Position numbers and translations under genes: made by a program
The notes under the pieces: model-generated
What the model was told of the DNA's origin: nothing
What the model saw: only the letters and a program-made list of their open reading frames with translations
Databases searched by the model: none
DNA from: Candidatus Hermodarchaeota archaeon
Lineage (GTDB): Archaea > Asgardarchaeota > Thorarchaeia > Thorarchaeales > Thorarchaeaceae
NCBI GenBank assembly: GCA_048885865.1
Contig: JBHLLF010000006.1
Coordinates: 32,001 to 96,000 of the forward strand
Direction of reading: 5' to 3'
Length of the DNA: 64,000 nt
In this document: piece after piece, positions 19,590-29,436 of the stretch
Layout of the letters: every line of letters starts with the position of its first letter
How positions within the stretch are numbered: the stretch's first letter is position 1

Positions 19590-20843
19590 ATGACAAGTGA
19601 AATGTCAGATATTCAGAGATACAAAAACGAAAACGTTGTCGAGCTTGACACCATCGAAGGGGATCTAGAGCTTGATAACTGCAGATCCGTACGGCCAGCG
19701 TCCGGTAACGAGATTGTTGTGACTGGCAAGGTCAGGGTCAAGGGCGAAACCTATTTCGAGGGATCCCTAAATGCACATTCTCTAGATGCAAAGGCGAGGG
19801 ATACAATCACCATTGACGGTGACCTGACAGTAGAAACCACTGCGGAAAACAGAAGAGGTGGACTGGAGGTCACAGGTTCAGCTACGGGTGAAAGCTTCAG
19901 AGCTGGTAGCTCACTTAGAATTGGCAGAGATCTAACTTGCACCTCCGCAAGTGGAGGAGGCTCTGTGAAAATATCAGGCAATGCCAAGGGACGAAAAGTT
20001 TCTGCTGGAGGCTCAGTTTCTATTGAGGGCGACGCAGAAGTAGAGAGGGTTTCAGCTGGGGGATCAGTCACAGTTGATGGTCGATCAGACATAGAAGAGT
20101 TTTCGGCTGGCGGCTCAGGCAAAGCCCATGATGGAAAAATCGTCAAGATCAATATTGGGGGGAGCTTCAAGTCAACTGGAGCTATTGAAATCGAGGAAAT
20201 AGACGTAGGGGGCTCGATTAAGGTTGGACCGGATTCCAAAGTCCATTCCATAGATGTTGGTGGCACATTTTCTTCTGAAGGTGATCTTACCTTCGAGGAC
20301 ATCGATGTAGGGGGCTCTATTCGCATTGGTGGTACTGGAATAGGTCGAACAGTCGACGTTGGTGGAAAAATAACAACTGAAGGCCCACTGACATTGTCAG
20401 GGAATATGGAAGTTGGAGGAAAGGCGGACATCGGTGGCGACTTCAAATGCGAAGCCAAAATCAAGATAGGCGGCAAAATCATGGTAGATGGCCGTATCGA
20501 TACGTACAGGATTATTGTAGGTGGATTGATTGACGCCAAATACGTCAAGGCTGACGGCTTTAGAATCGGTCGGCGTTCAGAAGTCACGTGTCCTGTTGAG
20601 TCACGTGAAATCCTTGTGAGAGAACGCGCAAGAACAAGGTCACTCTACGGGGACGAAATCCGTATCGAAGAGAGATCTCGTGTCGGCAGTGTTTACGGAC
20701 GTGAGGTCTACATAGAGCGAGATACAGTTGTCGAAGGAGAAACACTGTATACTGAGAAACTCGATGCTGAAAGCGGTGTCGAGTTCAGAGAAGAACCTAG
20801 AAAAGTTGATTCACTCCCAGCCCCGCAATCTGTCTTATTCTAG
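19590..20843 (+). CDS. Polymer-forming cytoskeletal (bactofilin/YhbE-like) beta-helix repeat protein
   Basis: Numerous ~17-aa repeats of the form [VI]-x-[AV]GG-S-[VIF]-x-[VI]-x-G; no signal peptide. Confidence 0.7.
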   Translation: MTSEMSDIQRYKNENVVELDTIEGDLELDNCRSVRPASGNEIVVTGKVRVKGETYFEGSLNAHSLDAKARDTITIDGDLTVETTAENRRGGLEVTGSATGESFRAGSSLRIGRDLTCTSASGGGSVKISGNAKGRKVSAGGSVSIEGDAEVERVSAGGSVTVDGRSDIEEFSAGGSGKAHDGKIVKINIGGSFKSTGAIEIEEIDVGGSIKVGPDSKVHSIDVGGTFSSEGDLTFEDIDVGGSIRIGGTGIGRTVDVGGKITTEGPLTLSGNMEVGGKADIGGDFKCEAKIKIGGKIMVDGRIDTYRIIVGGLIDAKYVKADGFRIGRRSEVTCPVESREILVRERARTRSLYGDEIRIEERSRVGSVYGREVYIERDTVVEGETLYTEKLDAESGVEFREEPRKVDSLPAPQSVLF

Positions 20844-20966
20844 AATAGATGTCCATACAATGTCATCTCCGTTTTGGCAAATAGATCATAGAACTCCCCG
20901 ACCCCTTCATAACCGCATTGATGGTTTTTGAATGAGTCCGGAGTTCGTCCCATCCCTAGTTCTCCA

Positions 20967-22712
20967 CTAGGCGGGGATACTAGTCGAGTCCACCTTGACT
21001 TTGTGTTCCATGTGCTCGCGGTATCTATTTGGAACAGGATAATTGTTGAACGAATGAGCGTACCATTTATTGATCAGCTTCTCAAGTTCCTTGGTTGTCC
21101 TTGCCCATAGTGCATCATCAAGCTCTGGATGGACAGTCCATATCCTTCCATGGGGTGTCTTGCCAACCTTACCTTTCTTTGCAACCTGTTCTCCTGCGAG
21201 AAAGGTGAGATACGATTCACCGAACACCTTGATTATCTTCTCTGGATCATCTGCTAGATTGCCCTTTGTTGGGTCGAAGTCATAGACGGTGATATCAGCA
21301 TCTGCGCCAACACCGACATGGCCCTTTGTATCCAAGCCCATGATTTTCGCAGGCGCAGCGCGAGTCGAGATTGCGATCTCGTACAAGCTCCATTCACGGT
21401 CAATCTCAGCTAGTGTTGATCGTTCAGCTGCAAACTTGTGCACCTTCTCTAGCCAAATGTCACGTTGCTTCTTGCTCATAAGCCAGGATAAAACAAGGGG
21501 ATATTTTGTGAATGGACCTGCATTTGGATGGTCCGTGGTCATGATGACTCGCCACACGTCGTCTGCACTCAGGGCGAACTCGAGGGGAATTGCCCATTGC
21601 ACCGCATTAGCAGGAGACTTTGGATCAAAGAAGTAGGGTACTACTCCAGCACCTCCAGGCATCTCCACATCTACACAGATATTGGCCCACTTGTTCTTAG
21701 TCATCTGATACAGACTGAACTGGAACGGCCCATCTCCAGTCATGGTTGTTGCAGGTCCAAAGGTGATCTGGCCCAAGTCCACAGTGAAGTGGTCGTTCTT
21801 ATTCATGTACTCAGCGAGCTTGAGTCCTCCTGATGCAACCCATTTCCACTCTGGCTTTGCTTTCTCATCCTCAGTCATCGCCAGGCTCTCAAAAGACATG
21901 TGTGTCAGATGGCATATGTGCTTCCGCCCTTTGTGGCCCTTTATGTCTTTGATGGCTTCCAAGTGTTCAATTGTTGTGTCAATGTTGCCTACACGGCCAA
22001 GGTTCAGTGGATGTAGATGCATCATATGAGGCAGTCCCAAGGATTCCGTTGCCTGACAGAGTCCACGGATGATTTCTCGTGGAGTAATGCCCCAATCCGG
22101 CACCTCGGTGTCAAGTTCTCTAACATTGCTTCCATGCGCCCATGCATAGGTCCCTCCTGGGCACACAACCTTGACTCCAAGGCCACCCACATTTCTTAGA
22201 ATCCACGCAATATAACCAGCTAGACCGCTGAGGTCTTTCTCTTTGACGTAATGAAAGGTGATCATGCTATTGCAGAACAAAGGTAGGAGACCCGAGTCGA
22301 GGTTTGGCAGGTCTTCGAGCTCCTCCCAGCTGCCTAGACCCTTGAGCGCAGGCAGAGCTGGCTCGATTGCGGTCGTGTAGCCCATTGCTGAGTACCTGTA
22401 ACCAATAACATATGAGTTTGGCATGGTGTATCCCACACCGCCACGAGTGACCTTGGTCTTTGGCACTGGGTCACCCCTGTGGTCCTCGGGACACATTGCT
22501 CGACCGAAGCCAAGTTTGCTTCCAACTATGTGAGCGTGCATGTCCACTCCACCAGCCATGACCATTCGGCCTTTCAGATCGATTTCTTTTGCTTTGCCAT
22601 TGACCTTGTCAACAATCTTGCCATCTGAAACGGAAATGTCCATGATCTCTCCGTCAATCTTGTTCTTTGGGTCGAATACTCGACCATTCTTGAGAATAAT
22701 ATCATGCGCCAT
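20967..22712 (-). CDS. fwdA: Formylmethanofuran dehydrogenase subunit A
   Basis: GGVDMHAHI, YSAMGYTT, KVVCPGG, HLHPLNLG, TTDHPNAGPF, GADADI. Confidence 0.95.
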   Translation of the reverse strand: MAHDIILKNGRVFDPKNKIDGEIMDISVSDGKIVDKVNGKAKEIDLKGRMVMAGGVDMHAHIVGSKLGFGRAMCPEDHRGDPVPKTKVTRGGVGYTMPNSYVIGYRYSAMGYTTAIEPALPALKGLGSWEELEDLPNLDSGLLPLFCNSMITFHYVKEKDLSGLAGYIAWILRNVGGLGVKVVCPGGTYAWAHGSNVRELDTEVPDWGITPREIIRGLCQATESLGLPHMMHLHPLNLGRVGNIDTTIEHLEAIKDIKGHKGRKHICHLTHMSFESLAMTEDEKAKPEWKWVASGGLKLAEYMNKNDHFTVDLGQITFGPATTMTGDGPFQFSLYQMTKNKWANICVDVEMPGGAGVVPYFFDPKSPANAVQWAIPLEFALSADDVWRVIMTTDHPNAGPFTKYPLVLSWLMSKKQRDIWLEKVHKFAAERSTLAEIDREWSLYEIAISTRAAPAKIMGLDTKGHVGVGADADITVYDFDPTKGNLADDPEKIIKVFGESYLTFLAGEQVAKKGKVGKTPHGRIWTVHPELDDALWARTTKELEKLINKWYAHSFNNYPVPNRYREHMEHKVKVDSTSIPA

Positions 22713-23998
22713 TAGCTCACCACCTTCTTCAACTTATCATGAATCATTTTCAGCACATCCCTGTCTGGAAGAACACCCTCCGGTGGTTCTACCACCTTTT
22801 TGAGATATAATGGGAGGCCGTCCATTCGAACTGCAGCGCCATCACACTCTATGCCTGAAAGTGCAACGGGAATATTCACTTCCGCCATGAGGGATGTCAT
22901 GTTCCGCTTAGGATCAATGTTGATGATGGGTATTGTTGACATGTGCCTGATTGCTGCTTTCGGAAAGTGCGCTGCAGGATCAGCGGCGATGTTTAGCATT
23001 GCATCTGCTTCCTTGTTTACTAGCATATCAACTGCTGTGTATTCTCCAGGCTGATATCGGGGGTAGCCCCTAGCGTAGTCGACCGCGAATGGATAGCCGG
23101 TCTGCCATGTAGATGTCTTGTTTGCTCCAGCTACATTGAAGTGGCCTCTCATGGGCATCATATTCCATTTTGCGTACGTATTGAGGTCTTGCACCAACCG
23201 TATCGCGGCATCTATGTTCCTATGCCTGCCTTTCGATTGGGTGAGTCCAAGTCCAAAGAACAGGATTCCATATTTAGCACCCTTGAGCGCTTCTGCAATC
23301 TCAGTTATCCGCTCCATTGAAACTCCTGCTACCTCATCAACATCAAGCAGATGACCTCGCACTACTGCACGGAGAGCTCCGATGAACTCGAGGTCTCCAC
23401 CTGGCGCCAGCTTGACAAACTCATCAGCTACATTGGCAGAAATTGTTTTTCGAATATCAAAGACCCAGATTTTCCTGTCAGCCTTTGGATCATTGATATA
23501 TTCGCCTTCGGCTTGAACATATCTTCTCAAGTGACGAGGGTGAGCGAATTGCGGATTAGAACCCCAGTAAAGGATTGTATCAGCACGATTTTTGACTTCA
23601 GCAAGAGACCCTGCTGCCTCCCCAGATTCCTGTGCACCGAGAATTGTGGGTCCGTGACATACAGATGAGGTATTGTCAACAACTCCGCCTATTGTTTCAG
23701 CAATCTTGTAGGCCTCTCTATGAGCATCATTTTCTGTAGAACTGAGTCCATAGATGAGAGGCCTTTTTGCAGAAGCTAGTATCTCAACCGCCTTATCGAT
23801 GGCCGCATCAAGTTTAACAGCGGAATTCTTGACCAATGGCGATTCAATCCGGTCATCATGATGGTTCAGATATTTTGCTTTGCTGATTGCGCAGCCATTG
23901 TCATTCTTGACGACCTTACCATTCTCAACCTCTATCCTAATGTCATCACACAGACAACCACAGAACGGACAGACTTGGTCCTCGAAAACTTCAGTCAT
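22712..23998 (-). CDS. fwdB: Formylmethanofuran dehydrogenase subunit B (Cys form)
   Basis: CPFCGCLCDD, DNTSSVCHG, EVKNRAD, AHPRH, MRGHFNV, TGYPFAVD. Confidence 0.95.
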   Translation of the reverse strand: MTEVFEDQVCPFCGCLCDDIRIEVENGKVVKNDNGCAISKAKYLNHHDDRIESPLVKNSAVKLDAAIDKAVEILASAKRPLIYGLSSTENDAHREAYKIAETIGGVVDNTSSVCHGPTILGAQESGEAAGSLAEVKNRADTILYWGSNPQFAHPRHLRRYVQAEGEYINDPKADRKIWVFDIRKTISANVADEFVKLAPGGDLEFIGALRAVVRGHLLDVDEVAGVSMERITEIAEALKGAKYGILFFGLGLTQSKGRHRNIDAAIRLVQDLNTYAKWNMMPMRGHFNVAGANKTSTWQTGYPFAVDYARGYPRYQPGEYTAVDMLVNKEADAMLNIAADPAAHFPKAAIRHMSTIPIINIDPKRNMTSLMAEVNIPVALSGIECDGAAVRMDGLPLYLKKVVEPPEGVLPDRDVLKMIHDKLKKVVS

Positions 23999-24001
23999 TT
24001 C

Positions 24002-24400
24002 TTATCCCTCCATAATGGCTTTCAGCAGGTCTTCTGCACTCGGTATCTTCGCTCCTTTGGCAGCAATGAGCTTGGCTTCAATGTCCTTGTATCTAGGCAT
24101 GCCACTCTCAATGGTATCCGAGTCCAGAACTGCATTCGCCCACGGGCCGCACGGCATAAATGCGATACCAGGCTCTGCCCTTCTGTCGACTCTACAGGCT
24201 ACAACAACACTTCCAGTCGCAGTCTTCACCTTGACCGGTTCACCCTCCTCGAGTCCTAATGCTTCGAGGGTGGACTTATCGACCTCGCAAATAGCGACAG
24301 CTTCAAAGTACTCCTGATTGAGTTTTCCCAATTCCATAGTCTGACCCTGCTTGAGTGTCCGACCTGAAGTTAGGACAACTTCGACACCTACATCATTCAT
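24002..24400 (-). CDS. fwdD: Formylmethanofuran dehydrogenase subunit D
   Basis: LTSGRT..QG, FMPCGPWAN, GMPRYK. Confidence 0.92.
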   Translation of the reverse strand: MNDVGVEVVLTSGRTLKQGQTMELGKLNQEYFEAVAICEVDKSTLEALGLEEGEPVKVKTATGSVVVACRVDRRAEPGIAFMPCGPWANAVLDSDTIESGMPRYKDIEAKLIAAKGAKIPSAEDLLKAIMEG

Positions 24401-24791
24401 GGCTGACAACACCAATCTGGAATGACGAGTTTCTTTTCAAAACCAAGATATGAGTGTCATGGTCATCTGTCTAGCACGAAGAAAAAGCACTTCATAATCG
24501 ATTCCTGTTTAGCAATCATTATTTTTGGCCTGTGACCGCCGCAACCCCCGGTTAAGCAGCGGTCACGAAGTGAGTAGAAACGCAGACCGGAACCATATCG
24601 TGAATTTCCAAACGCAATAGGAGATATCCACGTCCCTAACCGACACATCAGAGAGAGTATGATGATATGATGATTGCTGTGTATCCACCTGCACATTATG
24701 AAAAGCAGACACTGCTAGTTCGAAGCCTTTATCAACTATAGTTCGCGGATTCGGCCGTAATCCCTCACGCGGCAAATGGATGGGACGGAAA

Positions 24792-25760
24792 ATGACAGTC
24801 AAAAAGGAGACGCTTGTTGATCTCTATACGCGTACACTCAAAGTACGCCTCTTCGAAGAAAAAGTCTGGGATCTTTTCGGACAGAACCTAGTTCCAGGCA
24901 CGCTTCATTTGTATCTAGGACAGGAAGCTGTAGCTGCTGGTGTCACTGCTGCCCTTAAGGAAACAGATTGGATTCAAAGCACACATCGTGGTCATGGACA
25001 TGTTGTGGCGAAGGGGGCGGACATGAACGCTGCACTGGCCGAACTCCTGGGAAAGAAGACAGGCTCTTGCAAGGGCAAGGGAGGCTCAATGCACATCACT
25101 CAGTTCAATGTAGGAGTGTTAGGAGCAACTGGCGTCGTCGCATCAGGACTTCCGATAGCAGTGGGAGCAGCGTTATCAGCTCAGATGAGGAAGACCGATG
25201 AGGTTGTTGCATGTTTCTTCGGAGATGGAGCATCGAACAACGGAACCTTCGGGGAATCCCTCAATATGGCTGCAATCTGGCAGCTGCCACTAGTGTGGAT
25301 CGTTGAGAACAACCTCTATGCCATGGGCACACCAATAAAACTGACCTGTCCAAGCCAAAATATTGCTGACCGAGGTGATGCCTACTGCACACCATCAGTT
25401 GTTGTGGATGGCAACAATGCGTTAGAAGTGTATGAGGCTGCCGTTCAAGCAGTGAAGAGAGCTCGAGAGGGAGGAGGGCCCAGTCTGATTGAATGCAAGA
25501 CATACAGAATGAGGGGCCATTCACGATTCGATCAAGCGAAGTATCGTCCTCAAGAAGAGGTAGACCATTGGATGGACCGAGATGCTGTAGAGATAATTAG
25601 GAAAATTGCACTTGAAAAGAAAGCACTCACAGAAAAGCAGGCGGATAGCATACGAAAGAAGCTGCAAAAGGCGGTCGACAAGGCTGCAGATTTTGCAATC
25701 AGATCAGAGCATCCCGCGCCGGAAGAAGCTCTCGATGATGTCTTTTTGGAGGCGATTTAG
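24792..25760 (+). CDS. 2-oxoacid/acetoin dehydrogenase E1 alpha subunit
   Basis: HLYLGQEA, STHRGHGH, GKGGSMH, FGDGA...ENNLY TPP motif, TYRMRGHS. Confidence 0.93.
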   Translation: MTVKKETLVDLYTRTLKVRLFEEKVWDLFGQNLVPGTLHLYLGQEAVAAGVTAALKETDWIQSTHRGHGHVVAKGADMNAALAELLGKKTGSCKGKGGSMHITQFNVGVLGATGVVASGLPIAVGAALSAQMRKTDEVVACFFGDGASNNGTFGESLNMAAIWQLPLVWIVENNLYAMGTPIKLTCPSQNIADRGDAYCTPSVVVDGNNALEVYEAAVQAVKRAREGGGPSLIECKTYRMRGHSRFDQAKYRPQEEVDHWMDRDAVEIIRKIALEKKALTEKQADSIRKKLQKAVDKAADFAIRSEHPAPEEALDDVFLEAI

Positions 25761-26735
25761 ATGGCGGAGATGACCTACAGAGATGCACTCAAGCAGGGTA
25801 TTCGAGAAGAGATGCTCCGAGATGACAGCGTCTTCATAATGGGAGAAGATGTTGGCCGCAACTGGGGAGGAGCTTTCAAAGTCACAAAGGGATTGGCTGA
25901 AGAGTTTGGAGATGACCGTGTAAGAGATACACCAATCTCTGAAAATGCTATTGCTGGTGCAGCTGTTGGTGCTGCTATTACAGGGATGCGTCCTGTGGCT
26001 GAGATCATGTTTGGTGACCTCATCTCCCTAGCGATGGATCAGGTATGCAATCAGGCTGCCAAGATGAGATACATGTTTGGAGGACAGACCTCCGTTCCTC
26101 TGGTTTTGCGCTCTGTATTTGGAGGCGGGAAGAATATAGCATCCCATCACTCTCAGAGCCTTGAGGCGTGGTTCATGCACACCCCAGGTCTGAAGATTGC
26201 AGTACCAGCTTTCGCTTACGATGCAAAAGGACTCATCAAGACAGCAATAAGAGACCCCGATCCTGTCATGTTCTTTGAGCACAAACTTGTCTATGATAGG
26301 AAAGAAGAGGTGCCTGAGGAGGAATATCTGGTTCCATTTGGCGAAGCAAAGATTCGTCGAGAAGGCACAGACGTAACTGTCTGGGGGACATTCTTCATGC
26401 TGCATAGAGCTCTAGAAGTCGCTGAGGAACTTGCGAAAGACGGCATTAGTGTGGAAGTAATCGACCCAAGAACTCTTGTACCCCTCGACAAGAAGACACT
26501 AATTGATTCGGTGAAGAAGACAGGTAGGCTAGTACTAGTCACAGAGGAAACCAAGACTGGAGCCACCACAGCTGAGATTTCTGCCATGGTGCAAGAAGAA
26601 GCATTCGATTGGCTGGATGCACCTATTAAAAGGGTGAATGCACCGGACACTCCTGTGCCATTCAGTCCTACATTGGAGCAGTATTTCATTCCTGATAACA
26701 AGCGTATTGCAGAAGCAATTCGCGCAGTAGTATGA
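25761..26735 (+). CDS. 2-oxoacid/acetoin dehydrogenase E1 beta subunit
   Basis: GEDVG, DTPISE, GMRPVAEIMF, HSQSLE, DPRTLVPLD. Confidence 0.95.
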   Translation: MAEMTYRDALKQGIREEMLRDDSVFIMGEDVGRNWGGAFKVTKGLAEEFGDDRVRDTPISENAIAGAAVGAAITGMRPVAEIMFGDLISLAMDQVCNQAAKMRYMFGGQTSVPLVLRSVFGGGKNIASHHSQSLEAWFMHTPGLKIAVPAFAYDAKGLIKTAIRDPDPVMFFEHKLVYDRKEEVPEEEYLVPFGEAKIRREGTDVTVWGTFFMLHRALEVAEELAKDGISVEVIDPRTLVPLDKKTLIDSVKKTGRLVLVTEETKTGATTAEISAMVQEEAFDWLDAPIKRVNAPDTPVPFSPTLEQYFIPDNKRIAEAIRAVV

Positions 26736-26745
26736 GGTGCGACCG

Positions 26746-27969
26746 TTGGCCACGATCATGATAATGCAGAGAATGAGTGTCGCAATGGAGTACGGTGTGA
26801 TACTCAAGTGGTTGAAGAACGAGGGCGACAATGTCAAGAAAGGCGAACCAGTTGTCGAAATATTCGGTGAGAAGAACGAGTTTGAACTAGAGAGCCCTGC
26901 TGATGGCCTTCTATTGAAAATACTCTGCGAAGTGAATGATGAGATACCAATCAGTGAGCCAATAGCAATCATTGGTGAGAAAGGAGAAGATATTCCCGAT
27001 GTCAAACCAAAGAAACTGACAGAAACTATTGCAACTGCTCCTACTCCTGCACCAGCTCCAGCTATTGTAACTTCAGTCCAGACAGCCCCGATCACAAAGC
27101 CGGTTCAAACAAGTACACTTCCAAGCGGAAAAATCAAGGCATCACCGAGAGCCAAGAAGCTGGCAAAGGAAAAAGGACTAGACCTCGCATTGATTGTGGG
27201 GAGTGGACCTGAAGGCAGGATAGTCGAGAAGGATATCATGGAATACAAAAGCATTCCTTTTGCCGCTGAGGATGACCGAAAGGTAAGAAAGGTAGAACCA
27301 CTCTCACCCTTGAGAAGAACAATAGCTCGTCGGATGACAGAGAGCTATCAAAGACCCCATATCACCATGATTACCGAGATTGATATGACGGAAGCAGTCG
27401 AGCTGAGGAATGATATCAATAAACGGAATGAGAAGAGGCTGGGATTCAGGGTTTCCTTCAATGATATCATCGTGAAGGCGGTGGCGGACATCCTTGAGAG
27501 GTTCCCAAAGTTCAACGCTACACTCTCAGGGAATGAACTCCATATGTTCGAGGATGTCAACATTGGGGTGGCAATGGCTACAGAAACAGGCCTGATTGTT
27601 CCAACCGTGAGAGGAGCCAACAAGAAATCGATCACAGAGATTGCTCAAGAAACCAAAGATATGGGTAGGAGAGCGAAGACAAATGACCTAACGCCTGAAG
27701 AGCTGACAGGCAGTACATTTACCGTTTCAAACCTGGGTCCATTTCAAGTCGACTTGTTCATCCCAGTCATAAATCCTCCAGAAACCGCCATTCTTGCTCT
27801 CGGCCAGATTAAGAAAAAACCAGTCGTTGTTGATGATCAGATAGTCATCCGTTCTACAATGATGGCAAGTTGTGCGGTCGACCATAGGGTGCTCGATGGC
27901 GCTCCTGCAGGCCAATTTCTCTTGGCACTGAAGGAGTACCTTGAAAGCCCTTACTTCATGAAAGTCTGA
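26746..27969 (+). CDS. Dihydrolipoamide acyltransferase E2
   Basis: Lipoyl domain (KWLKNEGD...GEK), E3-binding ASPRAKKLA...GSGPEGRI, catalytic DHRVLDG; TTG start after GAGGTG. Confidence 0.92.
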   Translation: MATIMIMQRMSVAMEYGVILKWLKNEGDNVKKGEPVVEIFGEKNEFELESPADGLLLKILCEVNDEIPISEPIAIIGEKGEDIPDVKPKKLTETIATAPTPAPAPAIVTSVQTAPITKPVQTSTLPSGKIKASPRAKKLAKEKGLDLALIVGSGPEGRIVEKDIMEYKSIPFAAEDDRKVRKVEPLSPLRRTIARRMTESYQRPHITMITEIDMTEAVELRNDINKRNEKRLGFRVSFNDIIVKAVADILERFPKFNATLSGNELHMFEDVNIGVAMATETGLIVPTVRGANKKSITEIAQETKDMGRRAKTNDLTPEELTGSTFTVSNLGPFQVDLFIPVINPPETAILALGQIKKKPVVVDDQIVIRSTMMASCAVDHRVLDGAPAGQFLLALKEYLESPYFMKV

Positions 27970-28047
27970 AATCCGTATCCAATCCGCCTAGCGCTAGAAC
28001 AAAGGATTATGTGCATATTCTTCCGAGTCCTAAATAGTGGAGAAGGG

Positions 28048-28356
28048 ATGATTCAATCAAAGCGATGCCCTAAATGTGGAAACAACAGAATTGCAGGACC
28101 TCACAGGATCTATGGTCAACATCACGTAAGAATTGACTTGCCAGGGCTTTCTACTGCGACTCTAGAAGCTTTCACCTGTGCAGACTGTGGCTATACTGAA
28201 CTTTACAGTGATGCTATGGGCCTCAGGAATATACGCAATGTTGGTCGGTTTGTCCTAACCAAGCCAAGCCAACCTATTGCTCGTTGCAGGCAATGTGGCG
28301 CATACATAAGGCCAGGAGATAGCTATTGTCTAGAATGCGGAACTTCCCTCGGCTAG
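28048..28356 (+). CDS. Double zinc-ribbon protein
   Basis: CPKCG...CADCGYTELY and CRQCG...CLECG. Confidence 0.8.
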   Translation: MIQSKRCPKCGNNRIAGPHRIYGQHHVRIDLPGLSTATLEAFTCADCGYTELYSDAMGLRNIRNVGRFVLTKPSQPIARCRQCGAYIRPGDSYCLECGTSLG

Positions 28357-28381
28357 AGGATTCCAGCTGAGAAATATGTAC

Positions 28382-28528
28382 GGGCTTAAATTGGCCCACC
28401 GGAGGTCTATATTGACGCAGCATTCCCTCCTGCGTCATGCCTCGAAAATACGACATCTGCTCTATAACCTCGACTCTGCTCCGAGGTTATCAGCTGGTGA
28501 CGGACCTGATTCTGTCACCAGCATTCCC
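28382..28528 (+). ncRNA. Candidate structured RNA (4 consecutive hairpins)
   Basis: GGGC/GCCC, TGACGCAG/CTGCGTCA, ATAACCTCG/CGAGGTTAT, GCTGGTGACGGA/TCTGTCACCAGC. Confidence 0.35.
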
Positions 28529-28626
28529 CCTTGCACTTTCTCATCGCACATGTCTTGTACCTCAAGGTTTAATGTGAAGACCTACCTAGTCCGATTGAAT
28601 TTCGTGCCAAATTAGGAGATTACTCA

Positions 28627-29436
28627 ATGTCATGGAGGCTTCTTGAGGATGGCGAGGTAGACATACATCGTAATCTCGCTCTCGAGGAAGCACTCGCGGT
28701 TGTGAATTCCGAATCACAATCAAAAATGAACACACTACGGTTATGGCGAGCTATGCATGCAGTTGTAATTGGCAGGTTTCAGTGTGTCCATAAGGAGGTG
28801 GACATCAACTACTGTAGGCAGACCGGGATTGCCATTGCTCGACGATTCACTGGGGGAGGTGCAGTCTTTCACGATATGGGTAACCTGAATTTCACCCTCT
28901 GTATGGATCAAAAGCAGGCCTATGTTGGAAAGACACTCCCAACTCTCTATCGTAACTTCATAGGTGCAATTGCAGGAGGATTAGCTGATATTGGAGTGCC
29001 AGCTCAATTTGACAAAGAAAGATCCTGCATTCGAATTGGCAAGAAGAAGATTACTGGTACAGCAGGATGGATAAAGCGAGGCATTTCATTCATTCATGGT
29101 ACGTTACTCATCAACTCAAATCTAGATCATCTTAGAAGAAGTCTCAATGCCCCTACAGACCAACCTCAATACATCCGTGATAAGAGGAGAATAAGATGCA
29201 TGGAGAGTAAACGGGATACGGTGACTTCGATCACAGAGGCCCTATCCAAGCCTCCTTCTGATAGAGAGATAATCAACGCAATCATAGAGAGTATTCAAGC
29301 ATTCACAAGGGCACGCATTGTCCCTGGTAGTCTGACTGACGAGGAGCAGACCACTGCGCATGCTTTATATCAGAGCCGCTACAGCCAGTCGGAGTGGAAC
29401 CTGGGGAGGTTATACCCAGAGTACAATTCGAGATGA
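28627..29436 (+). CDS. lplA: Lipoate-protein ligase A (catalytic domain only)
   Basis: NLALEEAL, VVIGRFQ, RRFTGGGAVFHD, KKITGTA, HGTLL. Confidence 0.9.
   Translation: MSWRLLEDGEVDIHRNLALEEALAVVNSESQSKMNTLRLWRAMHAVVIGRFQCVHKEVDINYCRQTGIAIARRFTGGGAVFHDMGNLNFTLCMDQKQAYVGKTLPTLYRNFIGAIAGGLADIGVPAQFDKERSCIRIGKKKITGTAGWIKRGISFIHGTLLINSNLDHLRRSLNAPTDQPQYIRDKRRIRCMESKRDTVTSITEALSKPPSDREIINAIIESIQAFTRARIVPGSLTDEEQTTAHALYQSRYSQSEWNLGRLYPEYNSR

Noticed and set aside
19751-20587. 278-aa antisense ORF
   Set aside because: It is a shadow of the repetitive Gly-rich bactofilin-like gene (PP/ST-rich mirror).
22712-23998. Possible selenocysteine in FwdB
   Set aside because: The active-site position is Cys (SSVCHG) and there is no in-frame TGA; I identified no convincing selenoprotein in the window.
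24658-24673. Tandem ATGATGA C-box-like motifs (C/D sRNA)
   Set aside because: No properly placed CTGA D boxes follow them.
28376-28615. 79-aa ORF in the structured spacer
   Set aside because: It has no protein-like features, and the region is better explained by RNA hairpins.
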